Assembly: GCA_043228905.1 (NCBI GenBank)
Contig: JBHGNT010000009.1
Coordinates: 6,138,001-6,202,000 of the forward strand
Length of the DNA stretch: 64,000 nucleotides
Reading direction: 5' to 3'
From: Azolla caroliniana
Taxonomy: Eukaryota; Plantae; Polypodiophyta
Below are positions 37,598-51,040 of the stretch, piece after piece. The first letter of the stretch is position 1. Every line of letters begins with the position of its first letter. The notes below the pieces were generated by a model, which was not told the origin of the DNA, did not search any database, and saw only the letters and a program-made list of their open reading frames with translations. The position numbers and the translations under genes were made by a program.

Positions 37598-39570
37598 GTA
37601 CTGAGGGTGATCTGTTTATCACATATGTCGCCATCGACAGTGCCTCAGCCCAAAACTTCTTGGGTAGTTTTGCATGCGCTAGCATACTCCGGACCCTCTC
37701 CATTATGGTCCGGTTCATCCTCTCGGCCAGTCCGTTTAGCTCCGGCGTCTTCGGCACGGTAAATTCGAGCCGGATTCCCTTCGAGCGGCAGTACTCCTCG
37801 AACTGCCCCCGGTACTCACCTCCGTTATCTGCTCGAACCCCCTTCAGCTTCCGGCCGGTTTCTCTTTCCACTCTCGCGTGGAGCTCTTTGAAGACGGATA
37901 ACACCTGATCCTTCGTCTTCAACGGTGTGGCCCACAGCTTCCGGTTGTGGTCATCTATGAACGTCACGAAGTACTGCGCTCCGGCATGTGACTTCGTGTC
38001 TACTTGACAAACATCCGTATGCACCAACTCCAGTGGTGCATTACGTCTCATCGGTGGCCTTGGTCGGAAGGAGGTCCGGTTCTGCTTACCGGCCAGACAA
38101 TCAGTGCACTTCTCTAAGTGCACGTTCTTCACTGGAATGAGGTTTTCGTCTCCAAGCCTCTTCATCCCCTTCTCACTCATGTGACATAGCCTCTTGTGCC
38201 ACAGCTCACCGGCAGTGTCGGAAGCCACGTTCACTTCTTCCGGACATAACCGGGCATTCATCAGGTACAATGTGTTTACCTTCCGGGCCCGAGCCACAAT
38301 CAGGCTCCCTTTGTTGAACTTCATGACACCGTTCCGGATGCTACCCGTGTAGCCTTCATCATCTAGCCGACCGGCTGATATCAGGTTCAGACGAACTTCC
38401 GGAACGTGTCGGACATCTTTCAACAGCAACTTGCATCCGGTTGGTGTTGTCAGCCACACGTCTCCTATGCCGACAATTCGGCATGTTCCTTCATTCCCCA
38501 TCCGGACACAGCCGTGATCACCGGCTGAGTAGGATGAGAAGCATTTCCGGTCCGGGGTAAGGTGGAACGACGCTCCGGAATCTACCACCCAGGTCATCTC
38601 ATCGCCGGCATGGTTTATCTCACTCTCCTCGGTGATGAGCATCAACTCCTCTTCACTTGCCGCAATTGCCGTCGTTCCCTTCCGGTCCGGCCCACTCCGG
38701 TCTTTACCGTTCCGGTTCGGGGTTTGCTTCGAATCGGTACCGTCGGTTTCCTTGTTTTTACGGAAATGCCGACAGTTCTTTTGGAAGTGTCCCGGCTTGC
38801 CGCAATAGAAGCAAGTAGGCCTCCCCCTTGACTTTGATCGTGTCCCCGACTTCTCCCGGTTCTGGGGACTACGGTTTCTATGTCTTCCGCATTCCGATTC
38901 GGTAAGGAGCGCTTTGGAGTCGGAGCTCGTATCTTTGTCTTTCCGACGAGCCTCCTCATCTAGCAAGCTCGACTTTACTCTTGCTAGGGATAGCCGTTTT
39001 CCTTCCGGCCCGGCGTTGCCCAAAGTAACAACCAACGTCTCCCAGCTATCCGGGAGGGAACCGAGCAGGAGTAGTGCTAGGACCTCATCGGCAAGAGGTA
39101 CTTCCAATGACGTTGCCTGGTGAATCAGCCCCTGGAAGGCATTCATATGCTCCGCCATGCTGGAGCCATCTTGGTACCGGAGTCTTACAAGCTTCCGGAA
39201 TACCGACGCCTGATTGACAACATTTTTGTTCTGGAACATCATGCCGATCTTCTCCCAGAGCTCATGAGCCTTGCTCTCTTCATTGAAGTTGTTGTACAGG
39301 CTCATGTCGATGAAGCACCGTATGTACGCCGTTGTCTTCATGTGCATCACCTCCCATATCGCGGCGTCGATTTTGTCCGGTCTCTTGTCCCCGAACTGAA
39401 CCGGCAGCCAGAGGTCTTTAACCACGAGCATGTCCCTCATCTTCGACTTCCACACTGAATAGTTGGAGCCGGTGAGCTTGAACATGCCGCCAAACGATTC
39501 GTCCATTTTCTGTGTCAACCTCGCTCTGATACCACTTGATGAGAACTCGACGTTCTTTATTTCCGACGCT

Positions 39571-42500
39571 ACGCACGGAGGATGCGGGCGGGCCATCGAA
39601 GATACCGGAAAGCTGGAACTCCAGAGGTAAGGGAAAAGAAAAGGCGACTCTGGCATTCAAGCTTGCCTCGGACATAGAACAACAAACCGACTTGAAAAGA
39701 GTGTTCGAGGAAAGGATCTTGGATAGCCGGGTAGATTTCTCGCTTCGGGAGCTACTTGGAATAGCAAAGAAGGAGTTCCACGATCTTCTCGTGGGTCTCG
39801 TAAAGCGAAAAAGACAAAGTACGGAGGAAAATGCTCCAAGGGTGAATGCGAACACCGTTTTAATGAACGACACCGAAGTGGAGGACGAAATTCCGAACTC
39901 CCACTATACAAGGCCACATTGGGCACGCGCGACTACGGAGACTACGGTCTGAATCGGCAACATCAAATAACCCGTGCTAGCATTGATTGATCACGGATCG
40001 GAGATCAACTTGATGCCCAAGGAGTTCTACCGGAAGGGGAAGTGGCCTATTAACACCAACCATGGATGGAAGATTCGGGCGGTCACCAAAGCAACGGAAG
40101 ATCTATTTGCGGCTTGTTCGGATGTGACGGTGAAGATCGGGGATGTCGAGATTGACCAAAATTTCTTCGTGCAAGATGAGGTTTCACATTCCGTCATCCT
40201 CGGCCAACCCTTTATCACGGCATCACGGATGGAGACGAAGGTGCTCGATAGCGGTGCGGCTTTTGCGCGAATTCAGAGCCAAAACGGTGGGAAATCCGTC
40301 CAATTCCTAACGGTGCCGGCAAATCACGAAAGGAACAAGAGGGAACTCTTGTCCCAAGTGAGAATGGATTTTTAAAGCGGACTGTTGCAGAGTGGGGAAG
40401 TGATAGTCCGAGAAGCCCTGATACCCCACACAGGAAGAAAACTCTCGGAGAAAAACATGTACGAATCGGTCCGGATGGGGCATCTACGTACACGACCGTA
40501 ACCGGAGGATTGAAGAAAGGATACCGACAAGTGGAGGATAAGTTGCGGTCGGCATCAATAATAAAAGAAGATGAAGAAATCATGGGGATAGTCGAAGAAG
40601 TGTTCTATGGGAGCACGCTACAACGACTTGAAGAGCTTGCGGAAGATAAAAGCCAAGGGAACCGGGTAGTCCCGGTGGAATCGGTCGAGATGTACCAGAT
40701 CATTGCGAAAATGGAGCCGGATACGCTCCGCAAAGAAGAAGCAATGGTAAGTACGAAATACAAGACCGTGGAGAAGAAGGTGAAACCGGCCGCGGGACCA
40801 CTACCCGCCGATAGCGAACAAAAGAGGAAAGAAGTCTCGAGAGATCCGACACTTCAGAAGTCCGTGGATATCGGACATGCCTTCACAGATGAGACCCAGA
40901 AGAAACTTCGGATCGGTGGAGGTGGGTTCCTATTACAAAAAGAAGAAGAACGGTTTCGCGAGATGTTGGAGCAACACGGCAAAGCGTTTGCATTTACATC
41001 AAGGGAGATAGGGTGCGTCGATCCGAGAATAGTGGAGCCGATGGTGATCTTCACGATTGACCATGTACCGTGGAACCTGAAGCCGATTCCGGTGCCACGA
41101 GTGCATATTCCGAAAGTCATTGACTTGCTCAAGGAGAAGGTGACGATGGGGATTCTAGAGCCATCAACTGCTCCGTACTCAAATCGATGGTTTACGGTTC
41201 CGAAGAAGAATGGGTCACTCTGATTTATCCAAGACTTGCAACCGGTGAATAAGGTCACGATCCGGAACTCGGGAGTCGGTCTGATAGTAGACGAATTTGC
41301 GGAAGCTTTTGCCGGTCGTGCGATATACTCCATCGGAGACCTATACTCGGGGTATGACCAATTCCAACTAGCCGTGGAGAGCTGAGACATCACAACCATG
41401 CGAACACCGATAGGATTAGTCCGAATGTGCACACTACCACAAGGAGCGACAAACTCGGTTGCTCATATGATGAACGCGATGAACAAGGTGCTTCGAGACT
41501 GCATTCCGGAGATAACGATGCCGTTCCTCGATGACATTCTGATGAAAGGATGCGCGGTAGAAGAAAAAGATGAGACTATGGATGATCGGGGATGCCGAAA
41601 GTTCGTGGTCGACCATATTCATGATTGCGAGAAAGTGTTGCGAAGGCTAGAAGATGTGCACCTAACACTTTCCGGGGAGAAATCGGCATTCGGGCAAGAA
41701 GAAATATTGGTGGTCGGACATCTATGTGGGCCCTACGGCTGAAGACCATCACCAACAAAGATCGATGCGATTCAAGCTATGGAGGAAGTATGCGAGTCAA
41801 CATCCAAAGTCCGAAGGTTTCTCGGTGCATGTGCATTCTATCACATATGGATTCCGCACTATGCACATATAGCGGACCCGCTCTACCACTTGTTGCGGAA
41901 AGGTAAGAAATTCGAATGGAAACTGGAACTCACCAAAGCCATGAAGAAATTGAAGAAGACACTTTGGAGGGCGGAAGCAATTAAGAAGCCAAGCTACGAC
42001 TGACCGATCATAGTAACGGTTGATACAAGTCCAACCGGTATTGGGTGGGTCATCAATCAAGCCGACTCGGATGGTTCGCGGTATCCGATCCGATTCGGAG
42101 CAAAGGTTCTCAACGAAAGGCAACGTGGATATGCACAAGTTAAAAGAGAACTGTGGGGAGTCGTGTCGTCGATAAAATCGGATCGGGATTATTTGATCGG
42201 AGCCGAAGTGGTGATCGAGACGGATTGTCTTCCGATACTCGGGATGATGCGGTGTTGTACGATACCGGATGTAGCTATGCTAAGGTGGGTTGCATATGTC
42301 AAGTCGCTTAATCCGGAGGTTCGACACATCTCAGGGAAGGACAATGCGGTAGCGGATATGTTATCAAGGGCTCGGTTTGGAGACGACATAACCGAATCGG
42401 ATAATGAAGAAGTTTCCGAAGACTACTTCGCGTCGGAGCACATATGCCGAGTGAACGTAATCCGAGAATTCCGGGAAGAAGAATACGAGGGAGAAAGCTT

Positions 42501-43743
42501 GATGATCGGAAAGATGTTACAAGAGGCCGAGGATTCAACAAACGATAAAGAAAGAAGAGCCGAGATCCGAAGGAAGAAGAGGCAAGTCCAAAAGTTCTTC
42601 TTGGAAAACGGATTAATCTGGAGGGCGCCGAAAAGACTGGATGGTATACCACTTCGAGTAGTCGGGACAAAAGAGCAACGAAACCGGATAATGTCCGAGT
42701 TTCACGAATCCGACTGGGCTGGACACCGAGGAACATGGGCAACATTTGTGAAGATCAAGCAAAAATATTGGTGGAAGAAAATGTACAAAGATGTCGCGGA
42801 GTTCACGGAAAGCTGCGAGAAATGTCAAGTCTACTCCGAGGTTCGACATCGAGATGAGTTACATCCGACATTCTCACCGACAATCAACTTCAAGTGGATG
42901 GTCGACATAGTGGCTATGCCGACCGGGATCGGACATAAGAAATACTTGGTATTAGCTCGGGAAGATCTCACGAATCAAGTAGAAGGTCGAGCGCTTCAGA
43001 GGAAAATGTGTTCCGCGGTATGCCAATTTCTTTTGGAGGAAGTATTTTGCAGGTACGGGTGCGTAGGACAAGTGATTGCGGACCGGGGAGAACTCGACTC
43101 GGACAAAGCTAGGGGATTCTTCGCCAAACACAGAGTTCGGTTATCGCTGACAACGACATACAATCCGGAGGCCAACGGGAAAATCGAACGAGGACATAGT
43201 CCGATCGTGAAAGCACTTGTGAAGGCATGCGATGGAAAGGTGAAGGACTGGCCGCAGATGCTTCCGTATGCACTATGGGCGGATCGGACGACGCATAGCT
43301 CCGTAACCGGTTACATGCCGGCAGAACTCATGACGGGACAAGCACCGGTAATGCCGACGGAAACCGCGATCGCAACATGGACAGTGCTACCGTGGAAGGA
43401 AGAGATGAGCCGGGAAGAACTACTAACGGTCCGGATACGACAACTAGAGGGAAGACCAGCAAACATAGCGGAAGCAATACGCCTACAACAAGAAGCACGA
43501 TTCCGGAACAAAAGCCGGTTCGACACAAAGCACCGACTACGACCGAGGAGGATTGAAGAAGGAGATTGGGTGATCGTCTATGACAATAGTTTGGACCATC
43601 AACATACAACGATGCGGAAATTCGCGAAAAGGTGGTTCGGGCCATACGAGGTTCGGAAAGTCTTCGACAACGGGACGTACCGACTGTCCGAGTGGGATGG
43701 AACAATATTACGAGTGCCTATAGCCGGGAAGCGAAGAAAGTGA
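39571..43743 (+). pseudogene. pol: Gag C-terminus, protease and Pol of H with multiple stops
   Basis: LIDHGSEIN protease ending at 40375, then RT, RNase H (VDTSP) and integrase (HRG...CEKC, WMVD, GPY) in the -1 frame. Confidence 0.9.
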
Positions 43744-43860
43744 ATTACAACTCATAGTCGACATAAGGGGAGAATCGGAGGAAGCTTTGGGTGAAGACGG
43801 ATATGAGGAATCGAGAACTTCGGCACATACCGGAGGATGTGCGGGTTCGGAGGGGGCAAG

Positions 43861-44564
43861 TGTCGTAGTGTATTCCACACACTACGTGAAAACCATAAAA
43901 TAATATATCCGATTTTAGATACATATAAATAAATAAATAATATGTCAAAATATTTATCACGTGCATAGGGCAAGATTCAAACCTTGCACCTCCATGTAGA
44001 TAAACTTCAACTTTACCATTGAAATAACTTATCTTTAGTGTTATATATATAGATTTAATACGTATAAGACCTTTATTTACACATGCCTTTATAAAAAGAT
44101 AAAACTCATGTATTCTTTAGGTTGTGAATATTTTATTTACACGTGACATTGACAGTGACTCATGCACATCTAGCGTGCATGAGCCCTATATTTAGGAAAT
44201 GACAAAGCATCACATGCACATTTAGTGTGCATGGACACTTTTGGTGAAAAAGCATGGAGCCATGCTTAGCCTCTTCTATCTTTATATAAAGAGGAGAGAA
44301 ATATGTATAAGGTTGTTGATTAATATACAAGGATTGATCAATCTAATATATTCGTGGGATTCACGAATTTTGCCATCTAAATTACTCTTATAATCTAAAT
44401 ATTGTTGTAAATACACTAAACTCGTGGGATTCACGAGATTGTTATCTTACTTCTCTTTCCACTATTCATAGCTAGCCTTAAGTTGTATTCCTCTTCCTCC
44501 TAGTCAAAAACCTCGACGGTTCCCACCCGACTCACGCAACAATCCAAAGCCGAAAGGCACGACA
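43861..44564 (+). repeat. 3' LTR of H
   Basis: 704 bp TGTCGT...ACGACA. Confidence 0.92.
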
Positions 44565-44568
44565 CTGT

Positions 44569-45828
44569 GCTCGCCGTCTGATCAACCACCGGCTGAAACA
44601 GAAAACGGAGGACTTTGATTGGCTACACCAGGATCACAAACACTTGGATGTGGAACACAAGAAATTGATCACTGAAAGTGACCGGAAGCAAGAGAAGTTA
44701 CGGGAACTCCGGGATGAGGTTAACCAGACCATAGCAGCCTTGGTAGAAGAACAATTGAAGGGGGCTGAAGCAGCGAAGCAACTGGTGAAAGCGGCGAAAG
44801 AACGGGTATAGTTGACCCGACAGAACTCGGAGGCAATGGAGCGCGCTACAATGGCTCTAAACAAAGTTTAGACGACCTATCAGACCCAGGTCATGCACTA
44901 CAGAAGCCAAGTGGCAACCGCGAGCCTGATCAAACAATTGAAGGACGAAAAACAGGCCGCGGAGAACAAGTCGAAGATAGGGCTGGGGCGGATCCGGGAC
45001 CTCGTACTGGCATGGAGAGACCGAACGAAAAGATTGGTAGAAGAAAGTTTGGTTCAATGGTGGTCTTAATGGGCTAAGCAGGCGGCGGAGTTGCAATTGC
45101 TGCAATCGGATGCGGAGAACCGGCGGAAGGACGACGACGATTTCTATAAATTGGATGAGGAAAACATTGTTGCCATAAGGGAGGAATTGTCAGACGATTT
45201 CCTATCATTAGCCGGGGACCAATTGGCGGCGGTAAGGCGATTGGTGGAGCAGCTGGACGACGACCAGCTGGATACACAACTCCAGCTCGAGCGGTATGAA
45301 CGAGAACGGCAACGGCAAGAAGTGGTCCGAAGAACTGCGACGATCAATATGAGTGATGAAGAGTAGTCTTCGGAGTAGGCGCCGAATGAAGCCGGTACTG
45401 GGGCAAGCCAACCATATGTAACTCCGGAGGAGCAAACAAACATAACTCCGGAGGAGCAGCGGAAGGAAGGAAACCAGCACACCGAAAACCAGCAGCAAGA
45501 GGAGCCCAAACCAATAGAACCAGAACCAGAGAGACCAATGGAACCAGAGGGCCCAGTGGAGCCGGTGCACGCTGGACAACATCACCAGGAGACGCCAAGA
45601 CCCGTAGAGCTGGAAAAGGAGGAAGAGGCGGTAAGACCAACCGAGCCGCAGAAAACCGAAGTCCACCAGAGGTTTCCACAATTAGAGACGAAGCGACAAT
45701 AAGAGCAGCCATAGCCGGGGCAACAACAAGAGGAGGAACAACAACAACGACAGACGATTGAACAGCTTCCCGAGGAACCATTGGAACCCTTAGAACAAAG
45801 CATTCTGGACATTTTGGAGGAAGAATGA
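44569..45828 (+). pseudogene. C-terminal part of the extra coiled-coil ORF of E
   Basis: Continues 22574-23253. LLQSDAENRRKDDDD and terminal LEQSILDILEEE* match G. Confidence 0.8.
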
Positions 45829-45880
45829 AGGCTGGATCGTGGGATTCGACGTACAAGGTACTGTCCCACGGGCATGCATG

Positions 45881-46343
45881 TGTTAGCCGGCTGGCAAGGG
45901 AAGTCCAGAATGGGAAAAGGGGGATAATTAATAACTGGGAGCTGATTATATATAATATAGAATTATTATGATTTTGAGAAGCGAACGGACAGACTCGGAA
46001 TCGGTATGTTGATCCGGATCCGGACCGGTTCGTAGCCGGTTGTTAGTCGGCACCTGTTTGTACCTAGAGCCAGAGACCTATAAAAGGGCCCGGTTAGATT
46101 GAAATCATTAGCGGATAATTAATAGAGTGCTATTGTTTTGTATCTTAATCAGTGTTAATTACCGTTCTGTGCTAAGTATAATTCATCTTACGCGTGTATT
46201 GTGACTAATGATCTTGCCGATTAATAACCAATTAGGATTTCATTAATAGTTTGGTCTAAGTTTATCTCACCGCAACACCCCTTTGGTGAAGTGTCTCAAA
46301 GGGACACCCTGTGTTAGGCCATTGTCCGGCCCTAGTGATAACA
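45881..46343 (+). repeat. 3' LTR of E
   Basis: TGTTA...TAACA, with blocks similar to the G LTR (AGCGGATAATTAATAGAG, CCCTTTGGTGAAGTGTCTC). Confidence 0.88.
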
Positions 46344-48005
46344 GTCGACTTACGCCAGGCGTTGCCTCAGGACAAGGAACACCGCTTCCGCCAGGCTATT
46401 ACGTGCATGATCTTTCTCAACTCTGGGCATTCCGTGGTGGAATGCAATATGCGAATTCATTGCCCAATTTGTCACTCAAAGGCACACGTGGTCGAGCAAT
46501 GTGAATACAATATGCTTAACAGACCTACACCCACAGTACGACGCATAGAACCACAGAGGCCAGTTCGCCAAAATGATCAAGGGCTACAAGAGGAACGACC
46601 TCGATATACGGAACGAAATCCGCGCGAAGACTGTTAGTACCGTAATCGTCGGAACAACAACTTATATTTCGATGAAGAGGAATTGGAGGACAGAATATCG
46701 GGGCAACAACCGATATAATAAAGGGGGGCGTCGTTATAACAATTGATATTTTGCAACCAATCACGGGGGATTCAATGGACCACGGCCACAGGGACATAAT
46801 AGGGAGTATAAGGACCAACGTTGGTATGACGAAAGTTCAGAAGACACATCGCGAACCTAGGCACCCACCACGGAATAACAGGAGGTTTCAACAAAACCGG
46901 GATGAACAAGCAATAGCCACGGAAATGACTACACCACCAGAGAGAGAGACAGGCGAGTCCAGTGTTCATTGTTTCGTATGCCAACAACCCGGACATTACG
47001 CGACTCAGTGTCCACTTCGCAAAGGCAAAGGACCCGCAGTAAATACAATTACGGTGGAAGTTCAACAAGTGACAACACGGCAGCAAACAAAGAACGCGGA
47101 CTGGACTGTGCAAGAGGAGATACGTAAAGCGGCCCAAGCCTGGGTAGGAGAAGCTAACGTGACAAATAGAGAATGTATGAGGCAGGAATCCGCAAACAAC
47201 TTACCAAGGGGAGAAGATATGGCATCACCGGATTCCATATGGCAGGCACTGGCAGACTGCGAGATAACGATGACCATGGAAAAGTTCCTTCAACTGGTTC
47301 CACGATTTCGACAAGCAGTGGAGAATTGCATTACGGGCACATATGGGATAGATGTCTCGACAAATCTTGCAGAAACTAGTTCCGGTCCAACGGTAGTAGA
47401 CCATCACAACCCAACCATTAAACTGGTGATGCAGGGTCAAGAAGTCGATGGATGTATAGTCGATGGGGGTTCTGGCGTCAATGTCATTAGTAAGACTACT
47501 GCGAACGATTAGGAATTTCGAATTGGGAAGTTTGCCCTTTTTGGCTTTGCATGGCAGACACTAGATCTGTCTGACCCATAGGGTTGATCCGGAAATTAGG
47601 CATTATCGTCGGCGGTCATCGTTTTGACATTTCGGCAGTGGTATTGGCACTTGACGTGGCAGGAGCGTACCCAATATTGCTCGGCAGACCGTGGCTTCGG
47701 GCGGTTAACATCAAACAAGACTGGCAGCATAACTGTATGAGTTTCCGACGGGGACGTAGCAAAATCCGCGTACCCACTCAGGAAATGGCTGCACAACCCA
47801 AGGGCATAACACCATTATATGCAGAAGACATAAATATGCTAGAAGGGGTAGATGATGCGGAGTTGGAAGCATACCTTGATGATCATCCGCAGATCGTCCC
47901 ATTATTTGAAATTGATATTATGGAAACCGCTGCGGATTACGCACCCAATAATACGCTTCAGGAAGAGGCGTACGAGCCGGATCCAGAATCATTGGTAGAG
48001 CTAAG
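46344..48005 (+). mobile_element. gag: Element J: degenerate gag-protease fragment of another Athila-like copy, the host of E
   Basis: LRQALPQDKEHRFRQAITC, CFVCQQPGHYATQC, IVDGGSGVN and LLGRPWL are collinear with G 29385-31060. Confidence 0.88.
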
Positions 48006-50634
48006 TAGGTACAACTATCTGAATCGGTCTATTCCTATAATATTACTTAACTAATAATTATGCTACTACTTATATTATTATATTCTGACTCATCGGCGTC
48101 CATATTACTTGTCCAGAACATACTTCTAGGCCAACACATGGCATGCCCATGGGATAGTGCATTGCATGTCGAACCCACAGGTTAGCTCCTTCAGTCTTCA
48201 TCGAGTATGTCCAGTATACTCTGATCCAAGGGCTCGAGTTGTTCTTCTTCCATCTGTTGTTGTTGCTCCGATTGCTGTTGTTCTTGATTCGGTTGTTGCT
48301 ATGGTCCGACTCCCTTTGTCTTTTTTGTTTTGGCTCCTTCCGTCTACTCCGTTCCGGCGTTTTCCGTCTTTTCCGTTCTAGACTCTTTTGCATGCTTTTT
48401 TCCGGCAGTTTCCGTCTGCTGATTCGGCTGCGACTCTTGTTGTTGGGGTCTTGCCTCCGCCGACTGCTCCTCATCACTGATGTTGATTTGCTTCGCCTGT
48501 TGTACAACTTCTTTCCTCCGGCATTCCCACTCATATCCTTCCAAGTGCAATTTCATGTCGAGTTGATCATCTTCAAGTTCGTCGAAGAGCTTCCGAACCT
48601 CCTCTATATGTGTGTTGACCAAGGAATTGGTGACTATGCTTCCCTCATCCATCTTATAGAAATTATCTCCGTCCTTCTTTCGGGTTTGCCGCATTCGCCC
48701 GGAGCAGTTGGAGTTCCGCCGCTTGTTTTGGCCATTGATGCCAAACTGTCGCCGAATAGTGGACTATCCTTGTTTTCGTCCGGTCCCTCCATGCTCCTAC
48801 CAACATCCAGATTCTTCCAAAGCCAATTTTGCCTTTGTCTTCCGTGGCTGTCTTTTCGTTCTTTAATTGTTTGATGAGGTCAGCTGTTGTTGTGGCCTAC
48901 ACTTCGTATTCCATTAGCTTTGTTTGGTAGGTCATTTGCACCCTATCCAACACCGTCTTTGCCCATTCTAACTCCTAATAGTGCTGCGACGCGAACTCCA
49001 TACGTTCTTTCGATGCCTCCTCGAGCACCTTTGTCGTTGCCTCAGCCATCATCTTTCCTTGATCTGCCAATACCTTAGTCTTTTCTTTTAACTCCGTCTG
49101 GGCCTCCTTGAGCTTCTCTTGCTGTCGGTCATAATCCGACCCTAGCTTCTTGTGTTCCGCATCCAGCTGCTTATGGTCCTGGTACAACTTCTCGAAGTCC
49201 TTCGTTTTTCGCTTTAGGCACTGGTTGACCTATGACCGCAATAGATCATCCCGATCCTTCTAATGGCGGATCTCTTCCTTCAACCTTTTGATCTCTGTCT
49301 CTGCCATCCTCCGCAACTTATCCTTCTCTTGAAGCTGGCTATCCTTCTCATCCTTCAGTCTGTCATAACTTCCCTGAATCTTTCAGAGACTCTCTTCGGT
49401 TCTCCTCTTCTCCTCCTCGGCTGTCTTCCTCAGTTCTCTCTCTCTCCCCCTTAATGCCTCTTGAGCGGTCAATTAATCTTTGAGCGTTTGCATTTCCTTC
49501 TCCTTCTCACGTTCTTTTACCGGGGTTGTGCTCGGCTCCGGCTCTACTTCTTTCTCCGGAGCGCTTTGCTGTATATTTTTCGGCTCTACCGGTTCCGTTT
49601 CTGTATTGGTGCTATGGCCCATATTTGCCATAATTTTAGCTAATTCCTTGGTCCTAGCCAACTCCTCCTCTAAACTCCGAATCTAGTTCCAGGCCTTTTC
49701 TAATTCCTCTGTTGCCACCAACAACCATTCGGCCTAACCTGGTCCCGCCTTTGTTCTGCTTCCATCCAGTCAGCCACCCCGGAAACCTGCTTTTCGAGCC
49801 ACCCCAACCATTGCCGGCAGATTCTGTGTTGTGTGAGTGTAGTGAACTGTTGCATTGGATCCGACATCCGTCCTTGCTCCTCTCCAAACCTTAGTGTAAC
49901 CGGCTCTTCTTGTTCTAGTGTCCGTTCCGGTTGGCGCTCTTCATTCTATAGTTGCGTCTGAAGACCCGATGATGTGTTTCGTTCCTTCTCTAGTTCATGT
50001 TGAACCATGCTCACCACTTCTGGCCTTTCTATTGTTCTGCTTCCGGTCTTGGCTTCACCACCGTTGAGCGGGGAATCGATGTGTTGTCCTTTCCCGGACC
50101 CGATCCTTCCCCATGTTTCTTGTGTTTACGTTGCTTTGGTTGAAGCTGGAGGGTTTCTTCTTCTTCCTTATTAGAGATATGATCTAATGTAAGCGTATGA
50201 TAAGGAGAAAAGAATGATAAATAGATAGATAGAAAGGAGAGAGAGAAAGAAGGGTGTCGATCCACCCAACCACCCCTGAGAGAAGGGATCGAGAAAAACT
50301 CGAGCCTCGATCGGTGTCCCATAACACCGTCGTGGGGTCGAGTCGTACCCGGTGCTGACGCGCTCACTACAAGAGTTGAACCACCACGAAACAGAGTCTC
50401 GACGTAGTCAAAATATGATGAAATGAGGGTAGCTAGGCCTCTTATTTATAGCGATACCCAAGGCCTCCAGGCAAGTTCACACTTGGCCTAATGGGTTGTC
50501 TCAATCCCGAGGATTAAAAGTAATCCTCCCCTTCTTTACACTCTCGTTTAACCCTCACACTTATCCACATGTATAGAATACTACGGTAAATTCTCACCAC
50601 GGGATATTATATGGTCATGCCCATAACATACTCC

Positions 50635-51009
50635 TGTCATGATAACACTCACATTATGCATCGAAAGGATCATGACACTCACATTATGACTCAAAAAGAT
50701 TTGAACCCACGACCTTGTTGTACACATGTCAAATCCTTAACCATTGTATTAATATTCTTATATGTATAGTTTTTAGAATATGAAATCTAATATTATAGGA
50801 ATATTCTATATTACTCTACATTCTAGAATGACCTAGAATATTCTAGAGTGTTCTATATCACTAGAACCTTCTAGATTACTCTAGAGATCTTCTAGATTAC
50901 TCTACATTCTAGGATAACCTAGAATATTCTAGAGTGTTCTCTATTACTTACAAATAGGGATCTACCACTCATCCCAAACCTAAATTGGTTCAAACTGTCA
51001 AGACAGAGA

Positions 51010-51040
<31 letters not shown>

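Larger units (their letters stand above)
25629..39506 (-). pseudogene. gag-pol: Copia Gag-Pol of F, split by G (segments 39506-37598 and 27761-25629)
   Basis: MDESFGG start, CCHC knuckle, protease, IN, RT, RH. Frameshift at about 26727 and a 12-nt in-frame deletion at about 27180 relative to C. Confidence 0.92.
24980..39570 (-). mobile_element. Element F: Ty1/copia (C family) nested in H gag, interrupted by G, with its 5' LTR mostly deleted
   Basis: 3' LTR 24980-25618, PPT 25621-25630, PBS-Met 39523-39534, and only 34 bp of the 5' LTR (39537-39570). Confidence 0.93.
23254..44564 (+). mobile_element. Element H: full-length degenerate non-chromovirus gypsy of fungal/Ylt1-like type, interrupted by F and G
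   Basis: LTRs 23254-23842 and 43861-44564 (TGTCGT...ACGACA), tRNA-Trp PBS, PPT-like GGAGGGGGCAAG before the 3' LTR, and RT motifs DLYSGYDQ, LPQG and PFLDD. Confidence 0.9.
19891..46343 (+). mobile_element. Element E: degenerate Athila-like gypsy (integrase, extra 3' ORF, 3' LTR), host of several insertions
   Basis: Segments 19891-20694, 21282-21704, 22574-23253 and 44565-46343 are collinear with G (33000-37597) and rejoin across the insertions. Confidence 0.88.
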
